Shown here piece after piece: positions 20,285-25,444 of a stretch of 32,000 nucleotides of DNA. The stretch lies in the NCBI RefSeq assembly GCF_003966335.1, contig NZ_CP034549.1, positions 1,860,001 through 1,892,000 on the forward strand, read 5' to 3'. Positions within the stretch are counted from its first letter, which is position 1; each line of letters begins with the position of its first letter. Origin of the DNA: Nonlabens ponticola (lineage in GTDB: Bacteria > Bacteroidota > Bacteroidia > Flavobacteriales > Flavobacteriaceae). The position numbers and the translations under genes were made by a program. Under the pieces are notes generated by a model. That model was not told the DNA's origin and did no database searches. It saw only the letters and a list, made by a program, of their open reading frames with translations.

Positions 20285-20436
20285 GCCGCAAAGGTAACGC
20301 GATTAGGCGGTAGATGTCGACCTGTTCATATACCGGTGGTTATCCATACATCTTAATAATGAGTAGAAGGCTTTCTTGCAAATAGTTTGAATTATTGGAT
20401 AAACAAATTATTGAGATAGTGATTTGTGAGAATTAT

Positions 20437-20450
20437 GCTTTCGCGAAAGC
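20437..20450. repeat. Intergenic copy of the GCTTTCGCGAAAGC palindrome
   Basis: Exact 14-mer in the divergent helicase/LuxR spacer. Confidence 0.95.
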
Positions 20451-20545
20451 GTAACAGAGAAAAACCTTACAGGTAAATTAATAACAGTAACATGTAATAT
20501 TTATATGTTTGTTAACAAACGCTCTCCCTAGAAACGTAGGAATAT

Positions 20546-21295
20546 ATGAAGTCATTATTAGAGATTCATCAAGATCTATTGCGCAATCAGCAGGCAATCG
20601 ATAAAGATGAAGTTGAGCAATTCCTGTCAAGGTTTGAGCAAAATGTAATGGCGACGGCACCGCGCAATTCCCTAAGCTATGCGCTGGATCTCAAAACAAT
20701 GAAATATGTTTACGTTAGTGCCAATTGTAGCATTTTTACTGGGAAAACGGTAGAGGATTTTAAGAATAAGGGAATGGACTTGCTGCTAGAGATCATGCAC
20801 AAAGCAGATTTTAAAGCGTTGTCGTATGATTTGTTTCCCGCAATGCAGGAAAAGTATCTAGAACTCTCACTTGAGGATCGCAAGAATACTGTTTTTGAAT
20901 TGTATTACCGGTTGATACACGCCGGTACTGGAATGGAAACGCCGGTTGTAGAATACAGCAGTTATGCCCGATATGATGATGAAGGATCGCCTACTTTTTC
21001 TACTGGTGTGATTTATGAATCACCCTTAGCAATGGATGGTGTGCGAGGTATTGTGCGCCATATTGATAGTGACGCTCAAACTACATTGTTTGATCGCTGC
21101 GATTTTCATGCGCTTGATGTACTTACCAAAACGGAGAAAGCCATTGTGCAATCCTTCATTAAAAATCAATCCAGAGATTGTATCGCTGCAGACTTGAATA
21201 TCTCTATCCACACGGTACGCACGCATTTTAAAAATATCTACAAGAAGCTCGATATCAATAAGGAAGCAGATTTACTGGGTGTGGTGAAAATCTAA
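20546..21295 (+). CDS. LuxR-family transcriptional regulator with an N-terminal PAS-like sensor region
   Basis: 249 aa. The C-terminal HTH is LTKTEKAIVQSFIKNQSRDCIAADLNISIHTVRTHFKNIYKKLDI (GerE/LuxR type). Confidence 0.85.
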   Translation: MKSLLEIHQDLLRNQQAIDKDEVEQFLSRFEQNVMATAPRNSLSYALDLKTMKYVYVSANCSIFTGKTVEDFKNKGMDLLLEIMHKADFKALSYDLFPAMQEKYLELSLEDRKNTVFELYYRLIHAGTGMETPVVEYSSYARYDDEGSPTFSTGVIYESPLAMDGVRGIVRHIDSDAQTTLFDRCDFHALDVLTKTEKAIVQSFIKNQSRDCIAADLNISIHTVRTHFKNIYKKLDINKEADLLGVVKI

Positions 21296-21354
21296 TAAGC
21301 TTTTATCATTTCAAGCAATATTGCCTTGATGTGATAAAGGATATTTTTAAATGA

Positions 21355-21488
21355 AGACAACGGTCTGAGATATAAGTAGTTGCGTGGGTTAGCGTTAAAC
21401 TTTGCAAGTACATGCCAAACTGAAAATCCGCTAGGATTTTCAGAAGTAGGCGAGAACAAGCAATTACTTATAGCTATTGTTGTAAAAC
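21355..21488 (-). repeat. attC-like imperfect palindrome, unit 1 (~134 bp), directly after the stop of the 287-aa ORF
   Basis: The minus strand reads TTTTACAAC-AATAGC-[TATAAGTAATTGC ... inner hairpin CTGAAAATCC-TAGC-GGATTTTCAG ... GCAACTACTTATA]-TCTCAGACC-GTTGTCT. The 13-bp outer stem pairs 21371..21383 with 21460..21472 and contains one G:T. It is homologous to unit 3 at 24009..24140. Confidence 0.6.
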
Positions 21489-21489
21489 G

Positions 21490-22353
21490 TTATTTGTCTT
21501 CTTTCGATTTAATTTCAAAGTATTTCTCTATGTAAAGTATGATGTCTCTTTTACGAGGTATAAAGTTACTTTGATTACTTACTTCTTCACTTATAATGTC
21601 TACAAATCCATTCTTGATGTCTTCATAGGTCAAATGACTATTCTTGTCTAAAAATTCATATACTAGTTTTCGAGTTCTCATTCTTCTCGTTAACGGACTT
21701 ATTTCTCTTTGAACAACTTCCTCGTTTATTCCGTTTTGTTCCAATCTCATCAACATTAATTCTTTAGATAAATTATCAAGCTTTGAAAGTATATATTTGC
21801 TTTCAGCAATTTCAGTCTGATTAATTTTTGCGGGAACTATAGTTTTACCGAAACTTTTTAAGAATGGCGAATAATTTGCTTCAGATTTTGCTTTATCATA
21901 AGTAGCATTAATCCTTTTTACCAATTCAGATTTGAATTCTACAATTTTATTAAATCTTAAAGATGATGGATAGTTTAAATGTTCAATAACTCCAGTATCA
22001 AATGAATACCCTGTCTTTTCGTCCTTTATAATAATTGTTGGCTTGTCAAATGCTAATCTCAATCCAAGTTCAAACATAACATTAGGATTTTTAGAACTAA
22101 CATCACAAATAACAATTTCATCATTATAAATATTATTTACTATTCTTTCGTGTATTAAACCAATAGCAACATCATCACTAACAAGTCTTGGCTCAAATTC
22201 TGTTTGTTTCACAGTATCAACTAAAATCGACAGAACCTCTTTCCAGTGTTCTTTAGAATATTCTGGATGTGAGGCAATGGGCATAATTATACCACATTTT
22301 TTTTGTTGCTTCTTAAGTACTTCTTTCTTTACTGCTTCTTTTTTCTCTGGCAT
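21490..22353 (-). CDS. Cassette ORF 1: nucleoside 2-deoxyribosyltransferase-like (Rossmann/SLOG-like) N-terminal domain plus a helical C-terminal domain
   Basis: 287 aa with AT-rich codon usage. CGIIMPIAS...IVICDVSSKNPNVMFELGLRLAFDKPTIIIKD resembles the D-x-(S/G)-x-x-N/D-x-G/V-x-x-E-x-G-x-A-x-x-x-x-KP-x-I signature of the deoxyribosyltransferase-like fold. The family call is unverified. Confidence 0.75.
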   Translation of the reverse strand: MPEKKEAVKKEVLKKQQKKCGIIMPIASHPEYSKEHWKEVLSILVDTVKQTEFEPRLVSDDVAIGLIHERIVNNIYNDEIVICDVSSKNPNVMFELGLRLAFDKPTIIIKDEKTGYSFDTGVIEHLNYPSSLRFNKIVEFKSELVKRINATYDKAKSEANYSPFLKSFGKTIVPAKINQTEIAESKYILSKLDNLSKELMLMRLEQNGINEEVVQREISPLTRRMRTRKLVYEFLDKNSHLTYEDIKNGFVDIISEEVSNQSNFIPRKRDIILYIEKYFEIKSKEDK

Positions 22354-22387
22354 TGGTTATTATGTTTTACGACGACAAAGGTATAAT

Positions 22388-22570
22388 GCGCCTCAGGCGT
22401 CCCAAACTTTTTATGGTCGTTTATATTGATATTGTTTTGTTGAATATAGCGATTACTTTGATTATATTGAGCCTTATGGGAAGTAGCTTGAATTCAAGAA
22501 ATGAAGAATGAGCGAGAGAAAGACATCAAGACGCGCATGAAGGCAACTGGCTCGAACGGTCTTATTTAAG
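22388..22570 (-). repeat. Conserved inter-cassette module, copy A (X-Y-Z parts), upstream of cassette ORF 1
   Basis: It aligns base for base with 23542..23683 (gcgcNtcaggcgtc...attatattgagcc...gaagaatgagcgagagRaa). Its right end, gagagaaagacatc...aggcaactggctcgaacggt, aligns with 23972..24018. Confidence 0.85.
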
Positions 22571-22658
22571 AAAAGTAGTGGATTAAACTCTTCCTAACCA
22601 TCAGTTTTAAAAAAGACCGCTAATTGGTTCCTATTGTTGCGATTGAGAGTTTAAACTG

Positions 22659-23501
22659 CTATTTCTTATAAATGGGTGTCCGTTTGGCTAAAAATGCTAA
22701 AGTTATTTTGTAGGCATCTTGGGTTTGCCAAAAAGACGCATGCTCTTTACTAAATAGATTGTCGCCTTTGTCATTATAAATATTCATAGTTATGTTGGTA
22801 GAAAAATTTTGAGTTGAAGAACTATACGTGCTGCTTGAACTAATCCTTTTATTATCATTCCAAATATCACCGATTATATGACCTTTTTTATCTACGTGCG
22901 CTGTAGTGGATTGAGATTTTGTCGCGGTATTACTATAATTGGTGACGGTAGATTTTTCAATAGAGACTAAACCTTGTACCAAATATTCCACACCTAGAAT
23001 ATTGCTTATTTCACCCATAGTATATCCTGCGAGATTATTGTTGTCTAGACCAGCTTTCGCTAATAAAGCATTCGTGGTGGTTGGATCTTGAAACTCAAGA
23101 TTCTGAGATTTCTTTTTAAAAATAGTATAGGTTTCCTGTTGGATTTTTCTGGTCATTAAAGCATTACTTGTTTCGAGATCTTTTATGTAACCAAAAGGTA
23201 GAATTGCGACCTTATTATGGTGATCTTCTAGGTTCAAATCTGAATTTTTAGTAGCATTATTATAAAATTCAACTCGTCCAGACGCAAAGGTAATTTTTGC
23301 TATATCAGATTTCTCCACAGTATATTCAATTGTTTCATTTTGATAGATAAATTGAAGGTCGGCTGAATTAATTTTAATGACTTTCCCTTTCATCTCATCG
23401 CCATTAACTTTTAAAATAACATCACTTTGAGCTGCAGCTAGGTGTATAAGTAATAGGCACAATGTAATTAGCGATACTTGTTTTGAACAAATTTTAGACA
23501 T
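22659..23501 (-). CDS. Cassette ORF 2: secreted hypothetical protein
   Basis: 280 aa. Signal peptide MSKICSKQVSLITLCLLLIHLAAAQS. Ser/Thr/Asn-rich C-terminal half. No confident family. Confidence 0.75.
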   Translation of the reverse strand: MSKICSKQVSLITLCLLLIHLAAAQSDVILKVNGDEMKGKVIKINSADLQFIYQNETIEYTVEKSDIAKITFASGRVEFYNNATKNSDLNLEDHHNKVAILPFGYIKDLETSNALMTRKIQQETYTIFKKKSQNLEFQDPTTTNALLAKAGLDNNNLAGYTMGEISNILGVEYLVQGLVSIEKSTVTNYSNTATKSQSTTAHVDKKGHIIGDIWNDNKRISSSSTYSSSTQNFSTNITMNIYNDKGDNLFSKEHASFWQTQDAYKITLAFLAKRTPIYKK

Positions 23502-23541
23502 AATATTTGGTATTAGTGATTTGTTATGTTGAAGATTAAAA

Positions 23542-23683
23542 GCGCGTCAGGCGTCTCAACCTTTGTATAGTCGGTTAGATTGATGTTGTTTTGGTATGTT
23601 GAAGATAGCGATTAGTTGGATTATATTGAGCCTAGCAGGAAGCCGCTAGCATCCGACGAGCGAAGAATGAGCGAGAGGAATGC
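23542..23683 (-). repeat. Conserved inter-cassette module, copy B (X and Y parts), upstream of cassette ORF 2
   Basis: See copy A. Similarity starts about 35-40 nt upstream of each ATG, at the GCGC(C/G)TCAGGCGTC hairpin. Confidence 0.85.
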
Positions 23684-23788
23684 ATTATCTTTCATTTATA
23701 CATTGTTCGCTCCAGTTGGTTGTGGCGACCTTGACCGTGCCAAGTATGCACTAGCTAACCTTAAGGCGTTTCACACCTTTGCCGACTT

Positions 23789-23983
23789 GTCTCCGACGAG
23801 CCGCTAGGCGAGAGGAAGACACACCAATTGAGTAGATCGGGAGTCTTGAAAATCAGATTTTATCTGACGCTCGCTTTGCTTTTGAATTGAGTAGTGTATA
23901 TCTGTTTCAGGTCCTTGCTTGCGGATCAAAATCTGATTTTCATATTGTCTCCGACGAGTGAGTTTGCGAACGAGAGGAAGACA
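23789..23983 (-). repeat. Two direct Y-part copies bracketing a 94-bp hairpin
   Basis: GTCTCCGACGAG...CGAGAGGAAGACA occurs at 23789..23821 and again at 23947..23983. Between them is a perfect 14-bp inverted repeat: GAAAATCAGATTTT (23848..23861) and AAAATCTGATTTTC (23928..23941). Confidence 0.8.
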
Positions 23984-24008
23984 TCTAGATACGTCCGCAG
24001 GCAATTGG

Positions 24009-24140
24009 CTCGAACGGTTATGTATAAATATAGTTGCGGGTTTGCGTGCGAAGAATTTCCGAAGGAAATTTAGATGTAGCAAATACGCAACTGCCTTTAT
24101 TTTAGCACTAAACCGCAATTATTTTTATACGGTGTTGTGC
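24009..24140 (-). repeat. attC-like imperfect palindrome, unit 3 (~132 bp), directly after the stop of the 129-aa ORF
   Basis: The minus strand reads GCACAAC-ACC-[GTATAAAAATAATTGCGGTTTAGTGC ... inner hairpin AATTTCC-TTC-GGAAATT ... GCACGCAAACCCGCAACTATATTTATAC]-ATAACC-GTTCGAG. The arms are at 24022..24049 and 24105..24130, with bulges. Confidence 0.6.
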
Positions 24141-24147
24141 ATAGTTT

Positions 24148-24537
24148 TTATTCACATACTTTATTTTTTTCAATCCACGGATTAATAAATTTCCTTTCAG
24201 TTCCGAGTATTGTTTTCATTTCGGGTTCGTCGAAAATTAGATAGAAATTTTTGTCTTTTTCCACGTATTTAAATTTCAATTCAGTACAATATTTTCCAGT
24301 GCCGTGATTTACGAGCATACTTATAATTCCATCTTCAATTTTTATGTCTTTCACGGATTCCACCATAATAAAATTAACTTTTATATCAGAAGGAATTTCT
24401 TTTTCACTATAATTTCCAAGGTCATTCATTTCAATCATTTCGTCAACGATTTCTTGAATCCATTTGTCAATAGATTTTTCTTGGTTGATTTGGATGTTTG
24501 AAATTCCAATCAAAAATGTCAGTAAAATTATTTTCAT
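24148..24537 (-). CDS. Cassette ORF 3: small secreted hypothetical protein
   Basis: 129 aa, very AT-rich, with the hydrophobic N-terminus MKIILLTFLIGISN. It is flanked by a perfect 10-bp inverted repeat (24134..24143 and 24554..24563). Confidence 0.65.
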   Translation of the reverse strand: MKIILLTFLIGISNIQINQEKSIDKWIQEIVDEMIEMNDLGNYSEKEIPSDIKVNFIMVESVKDIKIEDGIISMLVNHGTGKYCTELKFKYVEKDKNFYLIFDEPEMKTILGTERKFINPWIEKNKVCE

Positions 24538-24553
24538 ATTCTGTTTCTCAAAT

Positions 24554-24759
24554 TATGCACAACGGCCAGATATATGAACCGTAGCATCTAAAGATAGAGA
24601 AATCTTCGATTTTGCAGGCAGCCAATTTTATCAAATCTTGCGAACGACCTTTTATATATCGGTAGCCAAATTTGATAAAATTTGGCGGAAACCGGTTGAA
24701 ACAGAACCCAGCAATCCAATCCAAGCGATAGCTATGGTTTATATATGTTGTTGTGAAAC
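24554..24759 (-). repeat. Inter-cassette structured repeat, unit 4
   Basis: The ends are TATGCACAACGGCCAGATATATG ... TTTATATATGTTGTTGTGAAAC, inverted copies of each other. The internal hairpin pairs CCAATTTTATCAAAT (24622..24636) with ATTTGATAAAATTTGG (24670..24685). The stretch gcaggcagccaatt...gcgaacgacc is a diverged copy of the Z part aggcaaYtggctcgaacggt. Confidence 0.7.
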
Positions 24760-25067
24760 GTGGTAGAAGATTGATGCGAGCGCAGGCGATCACGTAAAAA
24801 TGGCGGCTCAAAACACCAGCTTTCAATGTTTGAAATACAACCGACCGATTTGCACGAACAGAACGTGCAAACGTATCAAGACGCAACCGCTTTAAAAACC
24901 CAAACCAAAGCTCTTTTGATTCCCAAACCGAACTGTCGCCATTTTTTCAAAACACAGAACTCGCTGGAATTTGAAGTCGAAGAGTAGATCAGTCAAGCCG
25001 ATGGAAGCGGAAACCTAAAGCCGTAAAACCAAGGTCGTCAAGCTCAACCACCATGTTTCACAACGGT

Positions 25068-25180
25068 TATATAAACAAACCTAAGCCAAATCTTACCACT
25101 TTACAATACTGATTATAGGGTATATACAAACCTTTTGAGGTGGTTGGGTAAATTTCCCAATTGGGTTGTATATGCAAACC
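25068..25180. repeat. Three direct repeats, TATAT(A/G)-CAAACCT, spaced about 50 bp apart at the dnaK-proximal end of the array
   Basis: tatataaacaaacct (25068..25082), tatatacaaacct (25121..25133) and tatatgcaaacct (25169..25181). The first abuts the GTTTCACAAC box at 25055..25064. Confidence 0.7.
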
Positions 25181-25260
25181 TTTACGATTTTAAACGTTTA
25201 ATGTACTTCAAGAGACTAACCAGCTCAATTGCAATAATAACAATCGCGTTTCAACTTTCG

Positions 25261-25283
25261 GGCCTGCCTGCCGCGGGCAGGCC
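25261..25283. repeat. GC-rich palindrome GGCCTGCC-TGCCGCG-GGCAGGCC
   Basis: An 8-bp perfect stem in an AT-rich spacer, with no adjacent U-tract. Function unknown. Confidence 0.6.
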
Positions 25284-25306
25284 AGCAAAACCCAAAAACA
25301 ACCAAC

Positions 25307-25340
25307 AAAAAAAGACCCTGAAATCAATCAGAGTCTTTTT
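25307..25340 (-). terminator. Rho-independent terminator downstream of dnaK
   Basis: The minus strand reads AGACTCTGA-TTGATT-TCAGGGTCT followed by TTTTTTTGTT. The hairpin sequence is related to the GACCCTGAA..TTCAGGGTC repeats upstream of dnaK. A second, weaker hairpin (AAATAAGC-GCA-GCTTATTT on the plus strand) lies at 25386..25404. Confidence 0.7.
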
Positions 25341-25444
25341 CATATTTACAGTTACCTATTAACTAATAACAGAAATCCAATAACTAAATAAGCGCAGCTT
25401 ATTTCACTTCTTCAAAGTCTATGCTTCGACAAGCTCAACACAGG

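Larger units (their letters stand above)
21355..25180 (-). mobile_element. Putative integron-like / CALIN-like gene-cassette array, with no integrase in the window
   Basis: The interval is AT-rich. It has three unrelated co-oriented ORFs plus one ORF-less segment, and a structured repeat family between all of them. Segments carry their own inverted repeats with a GTTGT/ACAAC core. See the findings. The interpretation is an inference. Confidence 0.4.

Noticed and set aside
21296-21354. CAAGCAATATTGCCTTG hairpin as the LuxR-gene terminator
   Set aside because: The stem is imperfect and there is no following T-tract, so support is too weak to call.
23616-24185. Track ORFs 23616..23807 (+), 23804..24118 (-) and 23958..24185 (+) inside the longest inter-cassette spacer
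   Set aside because: They run through repeat copies whose substitutions, including a TAG in one copy, show no frame conservation. Some rely on non-ATG starts, and they overlap each other.
24548-24886. 112-aa minus-strand ORF
   Set aside because: It has a non-ATG start, crosses the structured repeat at 24554..24759, and has an odd Arg/Phe/Cys-rich composition. It is most likely non-coding.
21355-25180. Classical complete integron
   Set aside because: There is no intI-like tyrosine recombinase ORF on either strand near either end; dnaK and a LuxR regulator are the neighbours. The R boxes match the consensus only in the AAC/GTT core. I kept it only as an integron-like / CALIN-like hypothesis.
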